A stretch of 64,000 bases of DNA, taken from assembly GCA_965206705.1 (NCBI GenBank), contig CBDBKJ010000005.1, positions 642,979-706,978 of the forward strand. The letters are read 5' to 3'. Positions 54,825-64,000 of the stretch are shown in pieces. The notes below the pieces were generated by a model. That model saw nothing but the letters and a program-made list of their open reading frames with translations. It did no database searches and was not told the DNA's origin. The stretch is from Vicinamibacterales bacterium. Its GTDB lineage: Bacteria; Acidobacteriota; Vicinamibacteria; Vicinamibacterales; UBA8438. The stretch's first letter is position 1. Every line of letters begins with the position of its first letter. The translations under genes were made by a program, and so were the position numbers.

Positions 54825-54877
54825 AATCATATGAGTTGTCGCAGGAAAACGCAAGCCGTTTGGCGTGTCATATGATT
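54825..54877. promoter_or_regulatory. twin palindromic operator candidates upstream of the toxin-antitoxin-ATPase operon
   Basis: AATCATATGA (54825..54834) and TCATATGATT (54868..54877). Each contains the self-complementary TCATATGA. Centres are 43 bp apart, 45-97 nt upstream of the start at 54780. Confidence 0.45.
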
Positions 54878-55129
54878 TGGATCGGCAAGGTCTGCGACCA
54901 AGCAGTGGAAAGAGCGGTCGGTCGGGAGGTGGGCCGGGCATCCACCGTGGCTGGCAGCGAGTACGGTGTTCCAGCGTGCTCGGACGCGGGGCGAGCAGTC
55001 GAGCCGGCCCTTTGGCGAACGTGACCGCGTCGTCCGGACGGTCCGACGGGTAGTCCTCGCGCCAAGCAGTCGCTTCGCCCGCCACGCATACGATGGGATG
55101 CGCGAATCCATACCGAGGCCCGTGCGGAA

Positions 55130-56026
55130 TCACTCCGCCGTCAGCTCGTCGTACACGCCCTGAATCCGCACCGGCGCGAGCGGCCAGTCGAGGTCGGTGG
55201 TGTCGACGCGGGAGGCGATGTCGTCCCGGGTCGCCCCGGCGGCGATCTCGGCGCGCACGCGGTCGAGGACGGTCTCGAGCTTCGCGCGGAAGGCTCGGAT
55301 GTCGTCCTTGCCCAGGATCTCCCCGTGGCCTGGAATCACCGTGTCGAAGTCGAGGGCGAGGAGGCCGGTCAGGGTGGCCGGCCATTCGGCGGCGCTGCCG
55401 CCGTTGCCGTAGTCCCAGAACGGGGACAGGGTGGTGCCGTCGAGGCGCTGGCCGTAGATGAACAGATCGCCGGTGTGGACGGTGCGCAGGTCGGGGAAGT
55501 AGATGACCGCGTCGCCGTTGGTATGGCCGCGCCCGAAGTGATGGGCCTGCGCCTCGGCGCCGCCGAGGAAGACCGCGGTCTCGTCGGCGAACGCCACCCG
55601 GGGCGCGCCGGCCTGGTCGTTGCGGACGAAGTTGGCGCGGGCGTTCCGGTGGGCGATGACCTCGGCCGACCGCATGAAGTCGGCGTTGCTGCCGGCGTGG
55701 TCGCCGTGGTGGTGGGTGTTCAGCACGTACTTGATGGGCTGGTCGGTGACGCTGGCGACCTGGGCGGTGATGAAGTCGTAGCTGTAGGGGAACTTGTTGT
55801 CGACGATGATGACGCCGTCGCCGGTCACCCGGACCGCCACGTTGCCGCCGGACTGCCCGCCGTCGAAGCCCGGAATGACGTAGAGGCCGTCCGTCACCTC
55901 GCGGATCTGCAGCCGGGCCTCCTGCTCGGGGGTGAACGTCGGGCGCTGCTGCCCGGCCGTGAAGACGAGTCCGGTGCCGAGAGTCAGAATCGCCGCCGAC
56001 AGGCCGAGTCGTTGCCATGCGCGCAT
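55130..56026 (-). CDS. MBL-fold metallo-hydrolase (secreted), paralogous to 17047..18108
   Basis: Signal MRAWQRLGLSAAILTLGTG. Metal motif LNTHHHGDHAGSN and a later GRGHTNGD. Confidence 0.85.
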   Translation of the reverse strand: MRAWQRLGLSAAILTLGTGLVFTAGQQRPTFTPEQEARLQIREVTDGLYVIPGFDGGQSGGNVAVRVTGDGVIIVDNKFPYSYDFITAQVASVTDQPIKYVLNTHHHGDHAGSNADFMRSAEVIAHRNARANFVRNDQAGAPRVAFADETAVFLGGAEAQAHHFGRGHTNGDAVIYFPDLRTVHTGDLFIYGQRLDGTTLSPFWDYGNGGSAAEWPATLTGLLALDFDTVIPGHGEILGKDDIRAFRAKLETVLDRVRAEIAAGATRDDIASRVDTTDLDWPLAPVRIQGVYDELTAE

Positions 56027-56384
56027 TGGGGTGCCTCACTCGGGGAAGCGGACCGCGCCGCCGGGGGCGCCCGACGGTGGGGTAGGGATCCGCAGAATGT
56101 GATGGACCCGCCGGCCGGGCGTCCACGGCCCGCCGGCGGGACGGCCCGACTGCACTGGGCCTTGATCGATATCGACTTGCCAGGTTCAACGAGTCACGGC
56201 CGGTGGAACTCATCTGCCGGCGCCCTGGGCCACGGCAGGCAACTTCCGCCAGCGTCTGCGGGTCGGCCACGCTCCGCGCGCCGGTTGACGCCTTGCCGCC
56301 GCGGATCTCCTGCGCGTCGGCCGATGCAGTGCTATCCGGCGGTGTCTCGCCGCCGGCGCGGCGGTTCCGCGCCGCCGGGCTGGT

Positions 56385-57440
56385 TCACTCCACGATGACG
56401 ACGCCCCACGGACGGTCGCCGACGGCCACCGTCGCGACGACCTCCAGGGTCTCGGTGTCGACGACCGAGACGTCGTTCCCGGGGCCGTTCGCCGTGTAGA
56501 GATAGCGTCCGTCGGGGGTGAGGTCGATGCCCCAGGGCCGTTCCCCGACCTCGACCGACCCGATCGGCTCGTTGGTCGCGGTGTCGATGACCGCCACGGT
56601 GCCCCCGCGGCCGGTCGAGACGTAGAGCCGCGACCCGTCGGGCGAGACCTTGGCGTCCATCGGCCGCACCAGCTCGCCGGTCAGCTCGATCGTCGCGATG
56701 ACCGAGTGGTCGGCGGTGTCGACGACCGACACCGTGCCCCCGTTCTCGGCCGTGACGTAGGCCCGGGTGCTGTCGGGCGAGAACGCGGACGAGCGCGGCC
56801 GGGCCCCGACGTCGAACACCGCGGCGATCTCCAGCGCCTCGGTGTCGATGACCGAGACCTGGCTGTCGTTCTCCGACGTGATGTACACCCACCGGCCGTC
56901 GGGGCTGCGGGTCACGCCCTCGGGCTCGCCCCCGACCGGGACCTGAGCGAGGATCTCGCCGCTCGCGATGTCTACGATGCTCGCGAGCGCCGCGTCCTCG
57001 TTGGCCACGAAGACCCGGGTGCCGTCGGCGCTCACCGCGACCTGCTCCGGGTCGGTGCCCGCGTTCAGCACCGTCACCACGCGTCCCTCGGCGATGTCCA
57101 CGATGCCGATGCCGTCGGCCGACCGGTCGGGCGGCGGCAGCGTAGACTCGTCGACCCCCGGCGGGGCCGGCGGCGATCCGCTGAGGGCGACGAACAGGCG
57201 CTCGCCGGCGGGATCGACCTTGATGCCCCGCGGGCGCTGCCCGAGGGGGATGGTCGCCATCACCTCGTGCGTGCCGCCCGCGATTACCGTCACATCGCCC
57301 GAGGTCTCGTTGGTGACGAACGCCCGGTAGGGCGGAGGAGCCGCTTCCTCCGCCGGCGGGTCCGCGGCGGGCTCGCCACCGCCGCAGGCGTACAGGAGCA
57401 GCAGGGGGACCGCGAGCGCACGAGTGTCCAGGTATCTCAT
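56385..57440 (-). CDS. YVTN-family beta-propeller repeat lipoprotein
   Basis: Lipobox LLYACGG. Repeated ...P.G...SPDG.R.YV.N..S..VSVIDT... units of about 40 residues. Confidence 0.85.
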   Translation of the reverse strand: MRYLDTRALAVPLLLLYACGGGEPAADPPAEEAAPPPYRAFVTNETSGDVTVIAGGTHEVMATIPLGQRPRGIKVDPAGERLFVALSGSPPAPPGVDESTLPPPDRSADGIGIVDIAEGRVVTVLNAGTDPEQVAVSADGTRVFVANEDAALASIVDIASGEILAQVPVGGEPEGVTRSPDGRWVYITSENDSQVSVIDTEALEIAAVFDVGARPRSSAFSPDSTRAYVTAENGGTVSVVDTADHSVIATIELTGELVRPMDAKVSPDGSRLYVSTGRGGTVAVIDTATNEPIGSVEVGERPWGIDLTPDGRYLYTANGPGNDVSVVDTETLEVVATVAVGDRPWGVVIVE

Positions 57441-57451
57441 GACGGGGCTCC

Positions 57452-59464
57452 TCACGATGATGCGGACGGGGCGCGATCGTCCGTTGGGATGTCCACGCGG
57501 GCCGGTGCCGGGCCGGCCGTCACCGCCTCGTTGGCGACCTCCATGACGATGCGGCTGTAGGCGCCGGGGTCGGGCAGCGTGCCGCCTTCGGCGAGAATCG
57601 CCTGTCCGTGCAGCAGATGGGCGTAGGTCTTCAGCTTGAGCGACTGGACGTTCTCGGCGTGGATAGCCGCGAGCCGTGCGATGAACGGATGGTCGGGGTT
57701 GATCTCGAGGATCCGTTTCGTCCGGGGCGGGTCCTGTCCGAGCTGCCGCATCATCTGCTCGAGCTGCGGACTCAGGTCGTCCTTGTCGCCGACGAGGCAC
57801 GCCGGACTGTCGGTGAGCCGTCCCGAGACCCGCACCTCCTTGACGTCGTCCTGCAGGTGCGTGCGCAGCGTCTGGAGCAGGCCGTCGAGCTGGGGCGGTT
57901 CCGCCGCCGGCTTGTCCTCGTCCTTCGCCTCCTCGGTCCCGAGGTCGATCTCGCCCTTGCTCACCGAGACGAACGTCTTGTCCCGGTAGGTCAGGTCGCG
58001 CTCCAGCCAGAACTCGTCGACGGCGTCGGCGAAGAACAGCACCTCGATGCCCTTGCGGGCGAACGATTCGAGGTGCGGCGAGTGGCGTACCGCGTCGAGC
58101 GAGCTGCCGCCCAAATAATAGATGTGCTGCTGGTCGTCCGGCATCCGCTCGACGTAGTCGGCGAGCGAGGTCGGCTCGTCGCCATGGGTGGTCGCGCACA
58201 GCATCAGGTCGAGCAGCCGCTCGCGGTGCTCGCCGTCCGCCGCGAGCCCCTCCTTGATGACCGCGCCGAACTCGCGCCAGAACGTGCGCATCGACTCCGG
58301 CTTGTCCTTGCGCAGCTTGGCGATGGCCTCGAGCGTCTTCTTGATCGCGAAGTTGCGGATCGACTTGACCTGCCGGTCGTGCTGGAGGATCTCGCGCGAC
58401 ACGTTCAGCGAGAGGTCCTCGCAGTCGATGACCCCCTTGAGAAAGCGCAGCCACTCGGGCAGCAGCACCTTCCAGTCGTCCATGATGTGGACCCGCTTCA
58501 CGTAGAGCTGCACGCCCTTGGTGATCCGTTCCCGGTGATACAGATCGAACGGGGCGGTGGGCGGGATGAACAGCAGGATGCGGGCGTTGAACGCGCCTTC
58601 CATCGCGGCCGGGATGGTGGCCAGCGGGTCGTGCCAATCGTGGGAGAGGTGACGATAGAACTCGTTGTACTCGTCGTCGGTGACGTCGTTGCGCGATCGG
58701 GTCCAGATTGCCTTCATCGAGTTGAAGGTCTCGTCCTCGACCACCGTCTGCGGCAGGACGCCCTTCACCGGCTGCCCGGTGTTGTCGAGGACCGGCTCCT
58801 GCCGTTCCACCTTCATCCGGATCGGGTGCGCCACGAAGTCGGAGTGCTTCTTCACGATCTCGCGCAGCACGAAGGGGTCGGCGTAGTCCCGCCGCCCGTC
58901 CTCTTCGTCGGCCGGCTTCAGGTGCAGCACCACGGTGGTGCCGGCCTGCGGCCGCGCCGCGTCGTCGAGGGTGTAGGTGCCGTCGCCCGTCGATTCCCAG
59001 CGGGTGGCGGTGTCGGCGCTGGCGCGGCGGGTGGTCAGGGTGACCCGATCCGCGACCATGAACGTCGAGTAGAAGCCGACGCCGAACTGTCCGATCAGGT
59101 CGGCGGTGGCGGTTCCCTCGTCGCCGGCCCCCTGCTTCGCCTTCAGCGCAGTGAGGAACTCCCGGCTGCCGGAGCGCGCGATGGTGCCGATGTCCCGCAC
59201 CACCTCGTCACGCGCCATCCCGATGCCGTTGTCGGAGACGGTGAGGGTGCGCGCCTTCGGGTCGGCCTCGAGCCGGATTTCCAGGTCGCCCTCCGGCAGG
59301 AGGCCCGGGTCCGACAGCCCCTCGATACGCAGCCTGTCCAGGGCGTCGGAGCTGTTCGAGACGAGCTCGCGAAGGAAGATGTCCTTCTGGGAATAGAGCG
59401 AATGAACCATCAGGTTCAAGAGCTCCTGGACCTCGGCGGTAAATGTGTGCTGCTCGGTGCTCAT
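57452..59464 (-). CDS. htpG: molecular chaperone HtpG (Hsp90)
   Basis: MSTEQHTFTAEVQELLNLMVHSLYSQKDIFLRELVSNSSDALDRLR plus GQFGVGFYS, the canonical HtpG N-terminal ATPase motifs. 670 aa. Confidence 0.95.
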   Translation of the reverse strand: MSTEQHTFTAEVQELLNLMVHSLYSQKDIFLRELVSNSSDALDRLRIEGLSDPGLLPEGDLEIRLEADPKARTLTVSDNGIGMARDEVVRDIGTIARSGSREFLTALKAKQGAGDEGTATADLIGQFGVGFYSTFMVADRVTLTTRRASADTATRWESTGDGTYTLDDAARPQAGTTVVLHLKPADEEDGRRDYADPFVLREIVKKHSDFVAHPIRMKVERQEPVLDNTGQPVKGVLPQTVVEDETFNSMKAIWTRSRNDVTDDEYNEFYRHLSHDWHDPLATIPAAMEGAFNARILLFIPPTAPFDLYHRERITKGVQLYVKRVHIMDDWKVLLPEWLRFLKGVIDCEDLSLNVSREILQHDRQVKSIRNFAIKKTLEAIAKLRKDKPESMRTFWREFGAVIKEGLAADGEHRERLLDLMLCATTHGDEPTSLADYVERMPDDQQHIYYLGGSSLDAVRHSPHLESFARKGIEVLFFADAVDEFWLERDLTYRDKTFVSVSKGEIDLGTEEAKDEDKPAAEPPQLDGLLQTLRTHLQDDVKEVRVSGRLTDSPACLVGDKDDLSPQLEQMMRQLGQDPPRTKRILEINPDHPFIARLAAIHAENVQSLKLKTYAHLLHGQAILAEGGTLPDPGAYSRIVMEVANEAVTAGPAPARVDIPTDDRAPSASS

Positions 59465-59890
59465 CGTTGTCGTGTCTGCGGTCGTGTCCGTGATTGGTGT
59501 CCAGGGGGCCGAGGTCGCCGGGCGACGCGCACCCGGTCGTGCGTGCCGCCACCGGTTGGGGCGGGCTTCGCGCCTGTTCCCGGCCCGAGAATCGCCGCCT
59601 CGCGGCTTCGCCGTCCCGTTGGTGGTGGGCTCCTGCATCACCGGGCGGACGGTACGCGTCCCGCCTCCGGCACCCCCTGCCGGCTACACGCTTTTCGACC
59701 CAGGTCCGTCGAGGCTCAGTTGCCTGGGGTCGAGCGGGACACCTTGGACTGTAGCAGGTTTTGGTCCATTGTCGTCGTGTTCGCCACCCGGGCGCCGGAA
59801 GCTCCCCGCCCGACCAACCCTCCGGGAATCGGCGCCGCTCTGCGGCCCGGACTCCCCGGTCGGGACACGGGGGGCGGGGATCGGCTCCTC

Positions 59891-61381
59891 CTACGGCTGG
59901 GGCGTATTGGCGGCCAGTGCCTGACGCTCCCAGGGGGCGAGGTCCAACGGCCGGCGGGTGCCCGCGGCGGGGTCGGCCCCGAGCCCTTCCAGCAGCGTCA
60001 CGAGATGCGGATGCCGGTTGAACGTGTTGGGATAGAACACGCCCTGGGCGATGGACAGCGCGGTCCAGCCGGTCGTGTTCACGGTATCGAGGTCGGCCCC
60101 CTTGCCGTGCAGGAACCGCACGATGCCGTCGGCGCCCCGATGGATGGCGCCGTGCAGCGCGGTATCGCCGTTGCCGTCCACCGCGTTGACGTCGTTTCCG
60201 AGCTCCCAGGCCAGCTCGACCGCGGCCAGCGCTTCGTCGTTGGTTCCGGGGTTCTCCCCGATCTTCCAGATGCCGACGCCCGCCGCCGCCATCATCGCGG
60301 TCGCGCCGTTCCCGGTCGTCAGGTTCGGGTCGGCGCCGAGATTCGCGAGAAGCCGCATCATGGGCACGTCGGCGGCCTTCGCGGCCAGCAGGAACGGCGT
60401 CGCGCCGACCCGGTCGAGCATGTTGCGGTTGCCGTCCCGCGGCTCCCGGTCCTGGGGCAGGTTCGGGTCGGCGCCGTGGGCGATCAGGATGCGCGCCATG
60501 TCGAGCCCGTCGAGCCGGCCCAGGGGCACGGGAAACGGCGGGTTGCGCCCGAGGTTCGGCCGGCGCGTCCACACCACCTGATGCAGCGCCGTCCAGCCCT
60601 GCCCGCGCGCGTCGGGGTCGGCCCCGGCCGCGAGCAGCCGCGCCGCGATCTCGTACTGCGCGTTGTAGACGGCCATGCCGAGGGCGCTGGTGCCGTCGGG
60701 CAGCGTGTCGTCGGGGTCGGCCCCCGCCGCCAGCAGCACGTCGAGGGCCCTCAGGCTGCCTTCCCGGGCCGCGAACAGCAGCGGCGTGAATCGGCCCTCG
60801 GACCTCGCAAGCACGTCGGCCCCGGCCGCGATCAGCGCCTCGGCCGCCCCCGGGTTGTCCTGCGACGCGGTCCACATCAGCGCCGTCTGGCCCCGCCAGC
60901 CTTCCACCGCGTCGACCTCGGCGCCATGGTCGAGCAGGACCGCGATGGCGGATACGACGCCGGTCCGCGCGACCGTCATCAACGGGGTCTCGCCCTCGCC
61001 CGACACACGGCCGGGGTTGGCGCCGGCCTCGAGCAGCAGCTGCAGCATCCCGGGACTGCCGTTGGTGGCGGCGAGGGCGAGCGGCGCGACGCCGTAGCGG
61101 GTCGTGGCGTCCGCCGCGGCACCGGCCTCCAGCAGCAGCGCCGCCAGATCGAGGTCGTCGTCGTGCGCCGCCCAGTGCAGCGCGGTCGTGCCGTCCGGCT
61201 CGGAGGCGTCGACGTCGACGCCCCGATCAAGCAGGGTCCGAACCCCGGCCGCGTCGCCGGTCCTGACCGCCTCGATCAAGGGGACCCGCGGCGGCTGCGC
61301 GGTGGCCGCCGCGGCGGCCACCGCAAGGATGCCCGCGGCCAGCCAGCGCGCCGAACGGTATGCCGGTTCCATGTGCGTCAT
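59891..61381 (-). CDS. secreted ankyrin-repeat protein (~10 repeats)
   Basis: Signal ARWLAAGILAVAAAAATAQP. Repeated G.TALHWAA...LLLEAGADP/V units throughout the 496 aa. Confidence 0.85.
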   Translation of the reverse strand: MTHMEPAYRSARWLAAGILAVAAAAATAQPPRVPLIEAVRTGDAAGVRTLLDRGVDVDASEPDGTTALHWAAHDDDLDLAALLLEAGAAADATTRYGVAPLALAATNGSPGMLQLLLEAGANPGRVSGEGETPLMTVARTGVVSAIAVLLDHGAEVDAVEGWRGQTALMWTASQDNPGAAEALIAAGADVLARSEGRFTPLLFAAREGSLRALDVLLAAGADPDDTLPDGTSALGMAVYNAQYEIAARLLAAGADPDARGQGWTALHQVVWTRRPNLGRNPPFPVPLGRLDGLDMARILIAHGADPNLPQDREPRDGNRNMLDRVGATPFLLAAKAADVPMMRLLANLGADPNLTTGNGATAMMAAAGVGIWKIGENPGTNDEALAAVELAWELGNDVNAVDGNGDTALHGAIHRGADGIVRFLHGKGADLDTVNTTGWTALSIAQGVFYPNTFNRHPHLVTLLEGLGADPAAGTRRPLDLAPWERQALAANTPQP

Positions 61382-61404
61382 CCCTCCCGTGTGTCCGCGC
61401 TCGT

Positions 61405-62760
61405 CTACACGGTCAACGGTTCGAGGGCGAGGCGCCCCGTGCTGTCGCCGAGCTCCTCGGGCTGGACGACCCCCGCCTTGTCCAGCATGGCCAGCAGCAG
61501 GTTGGTCATCGGGGTGTCGCTCGGGTAGCGCACGTGCCGTCCTCCCTTCAACTGCCCGGCCCCGCCCCCGGCGAGAATCAGCGGCAGGTCGATATGCGAG
61601 TGCTGGTCGCCGTCGCTGATGCCGCCGCCGTACAGGATGAGGGAGTGGTCGAGCAGCGACCCGTCGCCGTCCGGGGTCGACTGCAGCTGCTGCAGGAACC
61701 CGGACAGGAGATCCACGTGATACGTGTTGATCTTGGCGTACTGCTCGAGCTTGGCCGGGTCGAGCTGGTGGTGCGACACCGAGTGGTGCGCGTCCGGCAC
61801 CCCGACCTCGGGATAGCTCTGGGCGGACTGCTCGCGGCCGATCAGATACGTGAACACGCGGGTGACGTCCGCCTGGAACGCCAGCGCCTGGAGGTCGAAC
61901 ATGAGGCGGGCGTGCTCGGTGAACGACTCGGGAATGCCCACCGGACGGGCGAGGCGCTCGGGCAGATCGCCTTCGTCGGCCTGCGCCTCGACGCGCTGAA
62001 TCCGGCGCTCGATCTCGCGGACCGCGTCGAGATACTGGCTGACCCGGCGCCGGTCTCCGGCGCCGAGGCGGCGCTCGAGCCGCGCCATGTCCTCGCGCAC
62101 CGCGTCGAGAATGCTGCGGTCTTCCCGCAGGCGCGCGAGGCGCTGCGCGGTGGTGCCGCCCTCGCCGAACAGGCGTTCGAACACGACGCGCGGGTTGTGC
62201 TCCATCGGCAGCGGGGTGGTCGGGGTGCGCCACGCGATGGTGTTGGTGTAGACGCAGCTGTAGCCGTTGTCGCAGTTGCCGACCACGTAGCTGTTCTCGA
62301 GCGAGATCTCCAGGGACGGCAGCGGGGTGTCCTGACCCAGCCTCGCCGCGGCGATCTGGTCGGCGGTGGTCCCGGCGCGGACGTCGGCCCCTTCCGTGCG
62401 CTTGGGATGCACGCCGTTGAGCCAGACGCCGCTGGCCCGCGAATGCTCGCCGTTGCCGTCGCCCCAAGCCTCGGCCTGCCGGTGCGCGAGGCCGGTGGGG
62501 ATGACCACCTGGTCCTTGACGGGCGCCAGCGGACTCAGAATCGGCGACAGCTCCAGGGGACCGTCGGCGGCCGGGGTCCACTGCGACATGTTGGCCCCGT
62601 TCGGGATGTAGATGAAGCCCAGCCGCTTCGTCGGGCGCGCGGCGGTGCGGGCGAGCGCGGTGGCCGCGGGTACCATGGCGTCGAGCAGCGGCAACGCGAG
62701 CGCGGCGCCGGCGCCTCGAAGAAACGTGCGGCGGGGCAGTGACATCTTCGTGATGGTCAT
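61405..62760 (-). CDS. DUF1552 domain protein with Tat-type signal
   Basis: MSLPRRTFLRGAGAALALPLL (twin-arginine). FIYIPNGANMSQW and ...HSHIDLPLILAGG are typical of DUF1552. ATGA overlap with the upstream gene. Confidence 0.85.
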   Translation of the reverse strand: MTITKMSLPRRTFLRGAGAALALPLLDAMVPAATALARTAARPTKRLGFIYIPNGANMSQWTPAADGPLELSPILSPLAPVKDQVVIPTGLAHRQAEAWGDGNGEHSRASGVWLNGVHPKRTEGADVRAGTTADQIAAARLGQDTPLPSLEISLENSYVVGNCDNGYSCVYTNTIAWRTPTTPLPMEHNPRVVFERLFGEGGTTAQRLARLREDRSILDAVREDMARLERRLGAGDRRRVSQYLDAVREIERRIQRVEAQADEGDLPERLARPVGIPESFTEHARLMFDLQALAFQADVTRVFTYLIGREQSAQSYPEVGVPDAHHSVSHHQLDPAKLEQYAKINTYHVDLLSGFLQQLQSTPDGDGSLLDHSLILYGGGISDGDQHSHIDLPLILAGGGAGQLKGGRHVRYPSDTPMTNLLLAMLDKAGVVQPEELGDSTGRLALEPLTV

Positions 62761-64000
62761 GACTGCGTGCTCCTCATCCGAAACGGGGGGCTCTTGACGA
62801 CACCCAGGATGAGGGTCGTCAGGCGGTAGTCGTCGGCGGCCGCCGCGCGGGTGATGGCGCGAACGGCCGGCGCGTCGTAGTACACCACGCCGCGGCCGAT
62901 GGCATAGGTCAGCAGCTTCTCGGTGACGGTGGTGACGAAGCGGTCGGGGTGGGCCAGCAGCGCCGCCTTGAGACCGGCGGGCCCCTCGAAGACGGTGCCG
63001 TCCGGCAGCACGCCGGTCAGGTCCATCGGGATCCTGGTCTGGTTCGGGGTGCGCCTGCGGCCGATGGCGTCGAAGGGCTCGAGGGCGAGGCCCAGCGGGT
63101 CCATCACCCGGTGACAGCTGGCGCACACCGGGTTGGCCCGATGCTGCTCCATCGCCTCGCGCATGGTGAGGGTGCGGCCGGTGGTGGTGGCCTCGAGCGC
63201 CGGCACGTCCGCCGGCGGGGGCGGGGGCGGCGTGCCGAGGATGTTCTCGAGCACCCACTTGCCCCTGACGACCGGCGACGTGCGATTGGCGTGCGATGTC
63301 ACGGTCAGGATGCTGCCGTGGCCGAGCAGCCCGCCCCGCCCGGGGTCGTCGAGGACCACGCGCCGGAAATGGCTGCCGCGCACGTTGGGGATGCCGTAGT
63401 GCAGGGCCAGAGGTTCGTTGAGGAACGTGTAGTCGGCCGAGAGCAGCTCGACGACGCTGCGGTCTTCGCGAAGGACTGCATCGAACAGCAGCTCCGTCTC
63501 GCGCCGGAACCCCTGCCGCAGGTCCTCCCCGAAGTCGGGAAAGAGGTCTTCGTCGGGCTGCACCGCGGCGGCGTTGCGCAGGCTGAGCCATTGCCCCGCG
63601 AAGTTGGTGACGAGCGCCTCCGCCCGCGGGTCGTCCAGCATGCGCCGCGTCTGCGCCTCGAGCACCGCCGGGTCGCGGAGGTCGCCGCGGAGGGCGGCGT
63701 CGAGGAGCTCGTCGTCGGGGATGCTGCTCCACAGGAAGAACGACAGGCGCGAGGCCAGCTCCAGATCGCCGAGCGCGTACGCGGTGCCCGGCGGGAGATC
63801 CGCCGGATCCTCGACGATGCGGAACAGGAACTCGGGGCTGACGAGCAGCCGCCGCAGGGCGAGCTCGATGCCGCCGTCGAACCCGCCGGTCGCCGCCCCC
63901 CGCTCGTAGAAGGCGAGCAGCCGGCCGACGTCCTCGCCGGTGACGGGACGGCGGAACGCGCGCCGGCCGAGGGTGGTCAGGATGTCGGCGGCGCACGAGG
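62757..64000 (-). CDS. DUF1592/DUF1588/DUF1585-family protein, 5'-partial (runs off the window)
   Basis: The frame is open to the window edge. FLWSSIPDDELL, NFAGQWL.LRN, SHANRTSPVVRGKWVLENILG, HRANPVCASCHRVMDPLG and the DUF1585-like tail. Usual partner of DUF1552. Confidence 0.8.
   Translation of the reverse strand, partial: SCAADILTTLGRRAFRRPVTGEDVGRLLAFYERGAATGGFDGGIELALRRLLVSPEFLFRIVEDPADLPPGTAYALGDLELASRLSFFLWSSIPDDELLDAALRGDLRDPAVLEAQTRRMLDDPRAEALVTNFAGQWLSLRNAAAVQPDEDLFPDFGEDLRQGFRRETELLFDAVLREDRSVVELLSADYTFLNEPLALHYGIPNVRGSHFRRVVLDDPGRGGLLGHGSILTVTSHANRTSPVVRGKWVLENILGTPPPPPPADVPALEATTTGRTLTMREAMEQHRANPVCASCHRVMDPLGLALEPFDAIGRRRTPNQTRIPMDLTGVLPDGTVFEGPAGLKAALLAHPDRFVTTVTEKLLTYAIGRGVVYYDAPAVRAITRAAAADDYRLTTLILGVVKSPPFRMRSTQS

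Noticed and set aside
57608-61528. 1306-aa plus-strand ORF opposite htpG and the ankyrin gene
   Set aside because: Extreme Arg/Gly/Pro/Val composition with no motifs. It is antisense to two genes with unmistakable family signatures. This is a typical shadow ORF in high-G+C DNA. The same reasoning applies to 12022..13935, 13932..16205, 45411..47813, 10421..12028, 23761..25296 and similar track entries.
1-64000. CRISPR arrays, rRNA genes, integrases or prophage structural genes
   Set aside because: By eye I found no regularly spaced short repeats and no rRNA-like conserved stretches. No tyrosine/serine recombinase or phage capsid/terminase signatures appear in any ORF of the track.

Overview
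High-G+C bacterial chromosomal fragment, probably from a metagenome assembly. The gene families present (DUF1552/DUF1592 pair, CarboxypepD_reg-type TonB receptor, NHL and YVTN propellers, secreted ankyrin protein) suggest a Gemmatimonadota- or Acidobacteriota-like organism, but that is inference only.

The core is ordinary transport, metabolism and stress genes:
- Na+/solute symporter
- TonB-dependent receptor + nucleoside hydrolase + PQQ dehydrogenase
- two MBL-fold hydrolases
- Pot-type ABC transporter
- circularly permuted ATP-grasp / alpha-E pair
- RsbU/RsbW/RsbV-like partner-switching module
- Dcp peptidase, aldose epimerase, HtpG

Several islets that look A/T-richer by eye interrupt this core and carry the interesting content:
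1. 5.4-9.7 kb: a three-gene operon of a SAM-methyltransferase-like protein, an SF1 UvrD-like ATPase, and a large novel protein ending in an AlkB-type dioxygenase. It matches no defence or modification system I know. It also contains a 49/50-bp internal direct repeat.
2. 2.4-4.7 kb: a UGSC-type selenoprotein gene with an in-frame TGA (U-x-x-C-x-x-C) and a downstream hairpin, in an operon with a redoxin-fusion protein and a symporter.
3. 52.0-54.9 kb: a putative MqsR-like toxin (tentative call) and an MqsA-like antitoxin, followed by a KGGVGR-variant ParA/MinD-like ATPase fused to a helical-repeat domain. Twin palindromic operators lie upstream.
4. 19.7-25.4 kb: a Fic gene flanked by 32-nt palindrome-bearing repeats, a DUF222-HNH endonuclease and an IS256-family element, all next to a truncated ion-channel gene.
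5. 30.5-32.4 kb: a cluster of partly decayed toxin-antitoxin modules.

Two copies of a ~70-nt intergenic element with mutually exclusive hairpins precede two secreted-protein genes.

At least five conserved genes carry single-nucleotide frameshifts, several of them at short homopolymers. This may reflect assembly indel errors rather than true pseudogenes.

No rRNA, convincing tRNA or CRISPR array was seen. Family calls come from motif recognition by eye. Start coordinates were derived arithmetically from the supplied ORF track. Nothing was searched against a database.
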